From Auanema rhodensis (taxonomy: Eukaryota > Animalia > Nematoda), in the NCBI GenBank assembly GCA_964057225.1, contig OZ059900.1:20522001-20586000 (forward strand): a stretch of 64,000 nucleotides of DNA, read 5' to 3'. Within the stretch, counting starts at the first letter, position 1, and every line of letters starts with the position of its first letter. A model generated the notes under the pieces. The model saw only the letters and a program-made list of their open reading frames with translations, was not told the origin of the DNA and made no database searches. Positions 1-12,500 of this stretch are shown here, piece by piece. Both the position numbers and the translations under genes were made by a program.

Positions 1-342
1 TGCTGAACACCAGAAAAATACAAAAACACAGTATTTCCCATGAGAAATATTTTATTATGCTGGAAAACCAGTTTTTGGAAATTTCGCTGTAAACAAGGTT
101 TTGACTTACGATTTCATGTGTTCAAACTCATGCAATGTCAATGGAACCTAGCTCAAATTTGTTCGTACAACGTCTAGTTCCACTTTCACGACAAAAAAAC
201 AGGGGTTAGAAAATTAAGGAAATTAGCATATTCTGAGGGCACGCCCCTTATGGCTAATATTGATTAAATCGATTTTTGTTCATATGAGTCGTCAAATGCA
301 ACGAATTTCAGCGTGTTACATACTAAAATGAAGCATTTTACA
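1..342 (+). repeat. Reference monomer (342 bp, about 34.5% GC, A/T-tract rich, dyad rich)
   Basis: Period read directly from the sequence. I counted 118 G+C in 342 bp. Monomer coordinates quoted elsewhere refer to this copy. Confidence 0.98.
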
Positions 343-3300
343 TACTGAACACTAGAAATATACAAAAACACAGTATTTCCCACGAGAAATATTTTATTAT
401 GCTGGAAAACCAGTTTTTGGAAATTTCGCTGTAAACAAGGTTTTGACTTACGATTTCATGTGTTCAAACTCATGCAATGTCAATGAAACCTAGCTCAAAA
501 TTGTTTGTACAACGTCTAGTTCCACTTTCACGACAAAAAAACAGGGGTTAGAAAATTAAGGAAATTAGCATATTCTGAGGGCACGCCCCTTATGGCTAAT
601 ATTGATTAAATCGATTTTTGTTTATATGAGTCGTCAAATGCAACGAATTTCAGCGTGTTACATACTAAAATGAAGCATTTTACATGCTGAACACTAGAAA
701 AATACAAAAACACAGTATTTCCCACGAGAAATATTTTATTATGCTGGAAAACCAGTTTTTGGAAATTTCGCTGTAAACAAGGTTTTGACTTACGATATCA
801 TGTGTTCAAACTCATGCAATGTCAATGGAACCTAGCTCAAAATTGTTCGTACAACGTCTAGTTCCACTTTCACGACAAAAAAACAGGGGTTAGAAAATTA
901 AGGAAATTAGCATATTCTGAGGGCACGCCCCTTATGGCTAATATTGATTAAATCGATTTTGTTCATATGAGTCGTCAAATGCAACGAATTTCAGCGTGTT
1001 ACATACTAAAATGAAGCATTTTACATGCTGAACACCAGAAAAATACAAAAACACAGTATTTCCCATGAGAAATATTTTATTATGCTGGAAAACCAGTTTT
1101 TGGAAATTTCGCTGTAAACAAGGTTTTGACTTACGATATCATGTGTTCAAACTCATGCAATGTCAATGGAACCTAGCTCAAAATTGTTCGTACAACGTCT
1201 AGTTCCACTTTCACGACAAAAAAACAGGGGTTAGAAAATTAAGGAAATTAGCATATTCTGAGGGCACGCCCCTTATGGCTAATATTGATTAAATCGATTT
1301 TTGTTTATATGAGTCGTCAAATGCAACGAATTTCAGCGTGTTACATACTAAAATGAAGCATTTTACATGCTGAACACTAGAAAAATACAAAAACACAGTA
1401 TTTCCCACGAGAAATATTTTATTATGCTGGAAAACCAGTTTTTGGAAATTTCGCTGTAAACAAGGTTTTGACTTACGATATCATGTGTTCAAACTCATGC
1501 AATGTCAATGGAACCTAGCTCAAAATTGTTCGTACAACGTCTAGTTCCACTTTCACGACAAAAAAACAGGGGTTAGAAAATTAAGGAAATTAGCATATTC
1601 TGAGGGCACGCCCCTTATGGCTAATATTGATTAAATCGATTTTTGTTCATATGAGTCGTCAAATGCAACGAATTTCAGCGTGTTACATACTAAAATGAAG
1701 CATTTTACATACTGAACACTAGAAAAATACAAAAACACAGTATTTCCCATGAGAAATATTTTATTATGCTGGAAAACCAGTTTTTGGAAATTTCGCTGTA
1801 AACAAGGTTTTGACTTACGATTTCATGTGTTCAAACTCATGCAATGTCAATGAAACCTAGCTCAAAATTGTTCGTACAACGTCTAGTTCCACTTTCACGA
1901 CAAAAAAACAGGGGTTAGAAAATTAAGGAAATTAGCATATTCTGAGGGCACGCCCCTTATGGCTAATATTGATTAAATCGATTTTTGTTCATATGAGTCG
2001 TCAAATGCAACGAATTTCAGCGTGTTACATACTAAAATGAAGCATTTTACATGCTGAACACCAGAAAAATACAAAAACACAGTATTTCCCATGAGAAATA
2101 TTTTATTATGCTGGAAAACCAGTTTTTGGAAATTTCGCTGTAAACAAGGTTTTGACTTACGATTTCATGTGTTCAAACTCATGCAATGTCAATGAAACCT
2201 AGCTCAAATTTGTTCGTACAACGTCTAGTTCCACTTTCACGACAAAAAAACAGGGGTTAGAAAATTAAGGAAATTAGCATATTCTGAGGGCACGCCCCTT
2301 ATGGCTAATATTGATTAAATCGATTTTTGTTCATATGAGTCGTCAAATGCAACGAATTTCAGCGTGTTACATACTAAAATGAAGCATTTTACATACTGAA
2401 CACTAGAAAAATACAAAAACACAGTATTTCCCATGAGAAATATTTTATTATGCTGGAAAACCAGTTTTTGGAAATTTCGCTGTAAACAAGGTTTTGACTT
2501 ACGATTTCATGTGTTCAAACTCATGCAATGTCAATGAAACCTAGCTCAAAATTGTTTGTACAACGTCTAGTTCCACTTTCACGACAAAAAAACAGGGGTT
2601 AGAAAATTAAGGAAATTAGCATATTCTGAGGGCACGCCCCTTATGGCTAATATTGATTAAATCGATTTTTGTTTATATGAGTCGTCAAATGCAACGAATT
2701 TCAGCGTGTTACATACTAAAATGAAGCATTTTACATGCTGAACACTAGAAAAATACAAAAACACAGTATTTCCCACGAGAAATATTTTATTATGCTGGAA
2801 AACCAGTTTTTGGAAATTTCGCTGTAAACAAGGTTTTGACTTACGATATCATGTGTTCAAACTCATGCAATGTCAATGGAACCTAGCTCAAAATTGTTCG
2901 TACAACGTCTAGTTCCACTTTCACGACAAAAAAACAGGGGTTAGAAAATTAAGGAAATTAGCATATTCTGAGGGCACGCCCCTTATGGCTAATATTGATT
3001 AAATCGATTTTGTTCATATGAGTCGTCAAATGCAACGAATTTCAGCGTGTTACATACTAAAATGAAGCATTTTACATGCTGAACACCAGAAAAATACAAA
3101 AACACAGTATTTCCCATGAGAAATATTTTATTATGCTGGAAAACCAGTTTTTGGAAATTTCGCTGTAAACAAGGTTTTGACTTACGATATCATGTGTTCA
3201 AACTCATGCAATGTCAATGGAACCTAGCTCAAAATTGTTCGTACAACGTCTAGTTCCACTTTCACGACAAAAAAACAGGGGTTAGAAAATTAAGGAAATT

Positions 3301-4102
3301 AGCATATTCTGAGGGCACGCCCCTTATGGCTAATATTGATTAAATCGATTTTTGTTTATATGAGTCGTCAAATGCAACGAATTTCAGCGTGTTACATACT
3401 AAAATGAAGCATTTTACATGCTGAACACTAGAAAAATACAAAAACACAGTATTTCCCACGAGAAATATTTTATTATGCTGGAAAACCAGTTTTTGGAAAT
3501 TTCGCTGTAAACAAGGTTTTGACTTACGATATCATGTGTTCAAACTCATGCAATGTCAATGGAACCTAGCTCAAAATTGTTCGTACAACGTCTAGTTCCA
3601 CTTTCACGACAAAAAAACAGGGGTTAGAAAATTAAGGAAATTAGCATATTCTGAGGGCACGCCCCTTATGGCTAATATTGATTAAATCGATTTTTGTTCA
3701 TATGAGTCGTCAAATGCAACGAATTTCAGCGTGTTACATACTAAAATGAAGCATTTTACATACTGAACACTAGAAAAATACAAAAACACAGTATTTCTCA
3801 TGAGAAATATTTTATTATGCTGGAAAACCAGTTTTTGGAAATTTCGCTGTAAACAAGGTTTTGACTTACGATTTCATGTGTTCAAACTCATGCAATGTCA
3901 ATGAAACCTAGCTCAAAATTGTTCGTACAACGTCTAGTTCCACTTTCACGACAAAAAAACAGGGGTTAGAAAATTAAGGAAATTAGCATATTCTGAGGGC
4001 ACGCCCCTTATGGCTAATATTGATTAAATCGATTTTTGTTCATATGAGTCGTCAAATGCAACGAATTTCAGCGTGTTACATACTAAAATGAAGCATTTTA
4101 CA
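1..4102 (+). repeat. Two copies of a 6-monomer higher-order repeat (2051 bp)
   Basis: A shared 1-bp deletion 'gattttgttc' near 960 and 3011 (2051 bp apart), with the same order of ttta/gatatc/tggaac variants. Confidence 0.8.
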
Positions 4103-7100
4103 TACTGAACACTAGAAAAATACAAAAACACAGTATTTCCCATGAGAAATATTTTATTATGCTGGAAAACCAGTTTTTGGAAATTTCGCTGTAAACAAGG
4201 TTTTGACTTACGATTTCATGTGTTCAAACTCATGCAATGTCAGTGAAACCTAGCTCAAAATTGTTTGTACAACGTCTAGTTCCACTTTCACGACAAAAAA
4301 ACAGGGGTTAGAAAATTAAGGAAATTAGCATATTCTGAGTGCACGCCCCTTATGGCTAATATTGATTAAATCGATTTTTGTTCATATGAGTCGTCAAATG
4401 CAACGAATTTCAGCGTGTTACATACTAAAATGAAGCATTTTACATGCTGAACACTAGAAAAATACAAAAACACAGTATTTCCCATGAGAAATATTTTATT
4501 ATGCTGGAAAACCAGTTTTTGGAAATTTCGCTGTAAACAAGGTTTTGACTTACGATTTCATGTGTTCAAACTCATGCAATGTCAATGAAACCTAGCTCAA
4601 ATTTGTTCGTACAACGTTTAGTTCCACTTTCACGACAAAAAAACTGGGGTTAGAAAATTAAGGAAATTAGCATATTCTGAGGGCACGCCCCTTATGGCTA
4701 ATATTGATTAAATCGATTTTTGTTCATATGAGTCGTCAAATGCAACGAATTTCAGCGTGTTACATACTAAAATGAAGCATTTTACATGCTGAACACTAGA
4801 AAAATAAAAAAACACAGTATTTCCCATGAGAAATATTTTATTATGCTGGAAAACCAGTTTTTGGAAATTTTGCTGTAAACAAGGTTTTGACTTACGATTT
4901 CATGTGTTCAAACTCATGCAATGTCAATGAAACCTAGCTAAAAATTGTTCCTACAACGTCTAGTTCCACTTTCACGACAAAAAAACAGGGGTTAGAAAAT
5001 TAAGGAAATTAGCATATTCTGAGGGCACGCCCCTTATGGCTAATATTGATTAAATCGATTTTTGTTCATATGAGTCGTCAAATGCAACGAATTTCAGCGT
5101 GTTACATACTAAAATAAAGCATTTTACATGCTGAACACTAGAAAAATACAAAAACACAGTATTTCCCACGAGAAATATTTTATTATGCTGGAAAACCAGT
5201 TTTTGGAAATTTCGCTGTAAACAAGGTTTTGACTTACGATATCATGTGTTCAAACTCATGCAATGTCAATGAAACCTAGCTCAAAATTGTTCGTACAACG
5301 TCTAGTTCCACTTTCACGACAAAAAAACAGGGGTTAGAAAATTAAGGAAATTAGCATATTCTGAGGGCACGCCCCTTATGGCTAATATTGATTAAATCGA
5401 TTTTTGTTCATATGAGTCGTCAAATGCAACGAATTTCAGCGTGTTACATACTAAAATGAAGCATTTTACATGCTGAACACCAGAAAAATACAAAAACACA
5501 GTATTTCCCATGAGAAATATTTTATTATGCTGGAAAACCAGTTTTTGGAAATTTCGCTGTAAACAAGGTTTTGACTTACGATTTCATGTGTTCAAACTCA
5601 TGCAATGTCAATGAAACCTAGCTCAAAATTGTTCGTACAACGTCTAGTTCCACTTTCACGACAAAAAAACAGGGGTTAGAAAATTAAGGAAATTAGCATA
5701 TTCTGAGGGCACGCCCCTTATGGCTAATATTAATTAAATCGATTTTTGTTCATATGAGTCGTCAAATGCAACGAATTTCAGCGTGTTACATACTAAAATG
5801 AAGCATTTTACATGCTGAACACCAGAAAAATACAAAAACACAGTATTTCCCATGAGAAATATTTTATTATGCTGGAAAACCAGTTTTTGGAAATTTCGCT
5901 GTAAACAAGGTTTTGACTTACGATATCATGTGTTCAAACTCATGCAATGTCAATGGAACCTAGCTCAAAATTGTTCGTACAACGTCTAGTTCCACTTTCA
6001 CGACAAAAAAACTGGGGTTAGAAAATTAAGGAAATTAGCATATTCTGAGGGCACGCCCCTTATGGCTAATATTGATTAAATCGATTTTTGTTCATATGAG
6101 TCGTCAAATGCAACGAATTTCAGCGTGTTACATACTAAAATGAAGCATTTTACATGCTGAACACCAGAAAAATACAAAAACACAGTATTTCCCATGAGAA
6201 ATATTTTATTATGCTGGAAAACCAGTTTTTGGAAATTTCGCTGTAAACAAGGTTTTGACTTACGATATCATGTGTTCAAACTCATGCAATGTCAATGGAA
6301 CCTAGCTCAAAATTGTTCGTACAACGTCTAGTTCCACTTTCACGACAAAAAAACAGGGGTTAGAAAATTAAGGAAATTAGCATATTCTGAGGGCACGCCC
6401 CTTATGGCTAATATTGATTAAATCGATTTTTGTTTATATGAGTCGTCAAATGCAACGAATTTCAGCGTGTTACATACTAAAATGAAGCATTTTACATGCT
6501 GAACACTAGAAAAATACAAAAACACAGTATTTCCCACGAGAAATATTTTATTATGCTGGAAAACCAGTTTTTGGAAATTTCGCTGTAAACAAGGTTTTGA
6601 CTTACGATATCATGTGTTCAAACTCATGCAATGTCAATGGAACCTAGCTCAAAATTGTTCGTACAACGTCTAGTTCCACTTTCACGACAAAAAAACAGGG
6701 GTTAGAAAATTAAGGAAATTAGCATATTCTGAGGGCACGCCCCTTATGGCTAATATTGATTAAATCGATTTTTGTTCATATGAGTCGTCAAATGCAACGA
6801 ATTTCAGCGTGTTACATACTAAAATGAAGCATTTTACATACTGAACACTAGAAAAATACAAAAACACAGTATTTCTCATGAGAAATATTTTATTATGCTG
6901 GAAAACCAGTTTTTGGAAATTTCGCTGTAAACAAGGTTTTGACTTACGATTTCATGTGTTCAAACTCATGCAATGTCAATGAAACCTAGCTCAAAATTGT
7001 TCGTACAACGTCTAGTTCCACTTTCACGACAAAAAAACAGGGGTTAGAAAATTAAGGAAATTAGCATATTCTGAGGGCACGCCCCTTATGGCTAATATTG

Positions 7101-9570
7101 ATTAAATCGATTTTTGTTCATATGAGTCGTCAAATGCAACGAATTTCAGCGTGTTACATACTAAAATGAAGCATTTTACATGCTGAACACCAGAAAAATA
7201 CAAAAACACAGTATTTCCCATGAGAAATATTTTATTATGCTGGAAAACCAGTTTTTGGAAATTTCGCTGTAAACAAGGTTTTGACTTACGATTTCATGTG
7301 TTCAAACTCATGCAATGTCAATGAAACCTAGCTCAAATTTGTTCGTACAACGTCTAGTTCCACTTTCACGACAAAAAAACAGGGGTTAGAAAATTAAGGA
7401 AATTAGCATATTCTGAGGGCACGCCCCTTATGGCTAATATTGATTAAATCGATTTTTGTTCATATGAGTCGTCAAATGCAACGAATTTCAGCGTGTTACA
7501 TACTAAAATGAAGCATTTTACATACTGAACACTAGAAAAATACAAAAACACAGTATTTCCCATGAGAAATATTTTATTATGCTGGAAAACCAGTTTTTGG
7601 AAATTTCGCTGTAAACAAGGTTTTGACTTACGATTTCATGTGTTCAAACTCATGCAATGTCAGTGAAACCTAGCTCAAAATTGTTTGTACAACGTCTAGT
7701 TCCACTTTCACGACAAAAAAACAGGGGTTAGAAAATTAAGGAAATTAGCATATTCTGAGTGCACGCCCCTTATGGCTAATATTGATTAAATCGATTTTTG
7801 TTCATATGAGTCGTCAAATGCAACGAATTTCAGCGTGTTACATACTAAAATGAAGCATTTTACATGCTGAACACTAGAAAAATACAAAAACACAGTATTT
7901 CCCATGAGAAATATTTTATTATGCTGGAAAACCAGTTTTTGGAAATTTCGCTGTAAACAAGGTTTTGACTTACGATTTCATGTGTTCAAACTCATGCAAT
8001 GTCAATGAAACCTAGCTCAAATTTGTTCGTACAACGTCTAGTTCCACTTTCACGACAAAAAAACTGGGGTTAGAAAATTAAGGAAATTAGCATATTCTGA
8101 GGGCACGCCCCTTATGGCTAATATTGATTAAATCGATTTTTGTTCATATGAGTCGTCAAATGCAACGAATTTCAGCGTGTTACATACTAAAATGAAGCAT
8201 TTTACATGCTGAACACTAGAAAAATACAAAAACACAGTATTTCCCATGAGAAATATTTTATTATGCTGGAAAACCAGTTTTTGGAAATTTTGCTGTAAAC
8301 AAGGTTTTGACTTACGATTTCATGTGTTCAAACTCATGCAATGTCAATGAAACCTAGCTAAAAATTGTTCCTACAACGTCTAGTTCCACTTTCACGACAA
8401 AAAAACAGGGGTTAGAAAATTAAGGAAATTAGCATATTCTGAGGGCACGCCCCTTATGGCTAATATTGATTAAATCGATTTTTGTTCATATGAGTCGTCA
8501 AATGCAACGAATTTCAGCGTGTTACATACTAAAATAAAGCATTTTACATGCTGAACACTAGAAAAATACAAAAACACAGTATTTCCCACGAGAAATATTT
8601 TATTATGCTGGAAAACCAGTTTTTGGAAATTTCGCTGTAAACAAGGTTTTGACTTACGATATCATGTGTTCAAACTCATGCAATGTCAATGAAACCTAGC
8701 TCAAAATTGTTCGTACAACGTCTAGTTCCACTTTCACGACAAAAAAACAGGGGTTAGAAAATTAAGGAAATTAGCATATTCTGAGGGCACGCCCCTTATG
8801 GCTAATATTGATTAAATCGATTTTTGTTCATATGAGTCGTCAAATGCAACGAATTTCAGCGTGTTACATACTAAAATGAAGCATTTTACATGCTGAACAC
8901 CAGAAAAATACAAAAACACAGTATTTCCCATGAGAAATATTTTATTATGCTGGAAAACCAGTTTTTGGAAATTTCGCTGTAAACAAGGTTTTGACTTACG
9001 ATTTCATGTGTTCAAACTCATGCAATGTCAATGAAACCTAGCTCAAAATTGTTCGTACAACGTCTAGTTCCACTTTCACGACAAAAAAACAGGGGTTAGA
9101 AAATTAAGGAAATTAGCATATTCTGAGGGCACGCCCCTTATGGCTAATATTAATTAAATCGATTTTTGTTCATATGAGTCGTCAAATGCAACGAATTTCA
9201 GCGTGTTACATACTAAAATGAAGCATTTTACATGCTGAACACCAGAAAAATACAAAAACACAGTATTTCCCATGAGAAATATTTTATTATGCTGGAAAAC
9301 CAGTTTTTGGAAATTTCGCTGTAAACAAGGTTTTGACTTACGATATCATGTGTTCAAACTCATGCAATGTCAATGGAACCTAGCTCAAAATTGTTCGTAC
9401 AACGTCTAGTTCCACTTTCACGACAAAAAAACTGGGGTTAGAAAATTAAGGAAATTAGCATATTCTGAGGGCACGCCCCTTATGGCTAATATTGATTAAA
9501 TCGATTTTTGTTCATATGAGTCGTCAAATGCAACGAATTTCAGCGTGTTACATACTAAAATGAAGCATTT
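4103..9570 (+). repeat. 10-monomer higher-order repeat (3420 bp), about 1.6 copies
   Basis: Markers recur 3420 bp apart: cagtg 4241/7661, gagtgcac 4340/7760, tttgct 4871/8291, cctac 4951/8371, ttaatt 5732/9152. Confidence 0.85.
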
Positions 9571-12500
9571 TACATACTGAACACTAGAAAAATACAAAAA
9601 CACAGTATTTCCCATGAGAAATATTTTATTATGCTGGAAAACCAGTTTTTGGAAATTTCGCTGTAAACAAGGTTTTGACTTACGATTTCATGTGTTCAAA
9701 CTCATGCAATGTCAATGAAACCTAGCTCAAATTTGTTCGTACAACGTCTAGTTCCACTTTCACGACAAAAAAACAGGGGTTAGAAAATTAAGGAAATTAG
9801 CATATTCTGAGGGCACGCCCCTTATGGCTAATATTGATTAAATCGATTTTTGTTCATATGAGTCGTCAAATGCAACGAATTTCAGCGTGTTACATACTAA
9901 AATGAAGCATTTTACATACTGAACACTAGAAAAATACAAAAACACAGTATTTCCCATGAGAAATATTTTATTATGCTGGAAAACCAGTTTTTGGAAATTT
10001 CGCTGTAAACAAGGTTTTGACTTACGATTTCATGTGTTCAAACTCATGCAATGTCAATGAAACCTAGCTCAAAATTGTTTGTACAACGTCTAGTTCCACT
10101 TTCACGACAAAAAAACAGGGGTTAGAAAATTAAGGAAATTAGCATATTCTGAGGGCACGCCCCTTATGGCTAATATTGATTAAATCGATTTTTGTTCATA
10201 TGAGTCGTCAAATGCAACGAATTTCAGCGTGTTACATACTAAAATGAAGCATTTTACATGCTGAACACTAGAAAAATACAAAAACACAGTATTTCCCATG
10301 AGAAATATTTTATTATGCTGGAAAACTAGTTTTTGGAAATTTCGCTGTAAACAAGGTTTTGACTTACGATTTCATGTGTTCAAACTCATGCAATGTCAAT
10401 GAAACCTAGCTCAAATTTGTTCGTACAACGTCTAGTTCCACTTTCACGACAAAAAAACTGGGGTTAGAAAATTAAGGAAATTAGCATATTCTGAGGGCAC
10501 GCCCCTTATGGCTAATATTGATTAAATCGATTTTTGTTCATATGAGTCGTCAAATGCAACGAATTTCAGCGTGTTACATACTAAAATGAAGCATTTTACA
10601 TGCTGAACACTAGAAAAATACAAAAACACAGTATTTCCCACGAGAAATATTTTATTATGCTGGAAAACCAGTTTTTGGAAATTTCGCTGTAAACAAGGTT
10701 TTGACTTACGATATCATGTGTTCAAACTCATGCAATGTCAATGAAACCTAGCTCAAAATTGTTCGTACAACGTCTAGTTCCACTTTCACGACAAAAAAAC
10801 AGGGGTTAGAAAATTAAGGAAATTAGCATATTCTGAGGGCACGCCCCTTATGGCTAATATTGATTAAATCGATTTTTGTTCATATGAGTCGTCAAATGCA
10901 ACGAATTTCAGCGTGTTACATACTAAAATGAAGCATTTTACATGCTGAACACTAGAAAAATACAAAAACACAGTATTTCCCACGAGAAATATTTTATTAT
11001 GCTGGAAAACCAGTTTTTGGAAATTTCGCTGTAAACAAGGTTTTGACTTACGATATCATGTGTTCAAACTCATGCAATGTCAATAAAACCTAGCTCAAAA
11101 TTGTTCGTACAACGTCTAGTTCCACTTTCACGACAAAAAAAACAGGGGTTAGAAAATTAAGGAAATTAGCATATTCTGAGGGCACGCCCCTTATGGCTAA
11201 TATTGATTAAATCGATTTTTGTTCATATGAGTCGTCAAATGCAACGAATTTCAGCGTGTTACATACTAAAATGAAGCATTTTACATGCTGAACACCAGAA
11301 AAATACAAAAACACAGTATTTCCCATGAGAAATATTTTATTATGCTGGAAAACCAGTTTTTGGAAATTTCGCTGTAAACAAGGTTTTGACTTACGATTTC
11401 ATGTGTTCAAACTCATGCAATGTCAATGAAACCTAGCTCAAAATTGTTCGTACAACGTCTAGTTCCACTTTCACGACAAAAAAACAGGGGTTAGAAAATT
11501 AAGGAAATTAGCATATTCTGAGGGCACGCCCCTTATGGCTAATATTGATTAAATCGATTTTTGTTCATATGAGTCGTCAAATGCAACGAATTTCAGCGTG
11601 TTACATACTAAAATGAAGCATTTTACATACTGAACACTAGAAAAATACAAAAACACAGTATTTCCCATGAGAAATATTTTATTATGCTGGAAAACCAGTT
11701 TTTGGAAATTTCGCTGTAAACAAGGTTTTGACTTACGATTTCATGTGTTCAAACTCATGCAATGTCAATGAAACCTAGCTCAAAATTGTTTGTACAACGT
11801 CTAGTTCCACTTTCACGACAAAAAAACAGGGGTTAGAAAATTAAGGAAATTAGCATATTCTGAGGGCACGCCCCTTATGTCTAATATTGATTAAATCGAT
11901 TTTTGTTCATATGAGTCGTCAAATGAAACGAATTTCAGCGTGTTACATACTAAAATGAAGCATTTTACATGCTGAACACTAGAAAAATACAAAAACACAG
12001 TATTTCCCATGAGAAATATTTTATTATGCTGGAAAACCAGTTTTTGGAAATTTCGCTGTAAACAAGGTTTTGACTTACGATTTCATGTGTTCAAACTCAT
12101 GCAATGTCAATGAAATCTAGCTCAAAATTGTTCGTACAACGTCTAGTTCCACTTTCACGACAAAAAAACAGGGGTTAGAAAATTAAGGAAATTAGCATAT
12201 TCTGAGGGCACGCCCCTTATGGCTAATATTGATTAAATCGATTTTTGTTCATATGAGTCGTCAAATGCAACGAATTTCAGCGTGTTACATACTAAAATGA
12301 AGCATTTTACATGCTGAACACTAGAAAAATACAAAAACACAGTATTTCCCATGAGAAATATTTTATTATGCTGGAAAACCAGTTTTTGGAAATTTCGCTG
12401 TAAACAAGGTTTTGACTTACGATTTCATGTGTTCAAACTCATGCAATGTCAATGAAACCTAGCTCAAAATTGTTTGTACAACGTCTAGTTCCACTTTCAC

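Noticed and set aside
201-240. Telomere-like 'ggggttag' and possible G-quadruplex
   Set aside because: A single non-tandem motif per monomer, and too few closely spaced G-runs for a canonical quadruplex.
148-258. Helitron/MITE origin suggested by CTAG motifs and a GC-rich hairpin
   Set aside because: No element termini, terminal inverted repeats, target-site duplications or flanking unique sequence support it.
1-342. Primate alpha satellite dimer (similar 340-343-bp length)
   Set aside because: Only the length matches. I see no recognisable alpha-satellite sequence and no canonical CENP-B box.
1-342. Assignment to a named satellite family or species
   Set aside because: I do not recognise the sequence. 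Length and AT content fit many animal and plant satellites, so a BLAST/Dfam search is needed.
1-342. 5S rRNA, tRNA or snRNA tandem gene cluster
   Set aside because: No recognisable 5S sequence, cloverleaf or internal promoter boxes.
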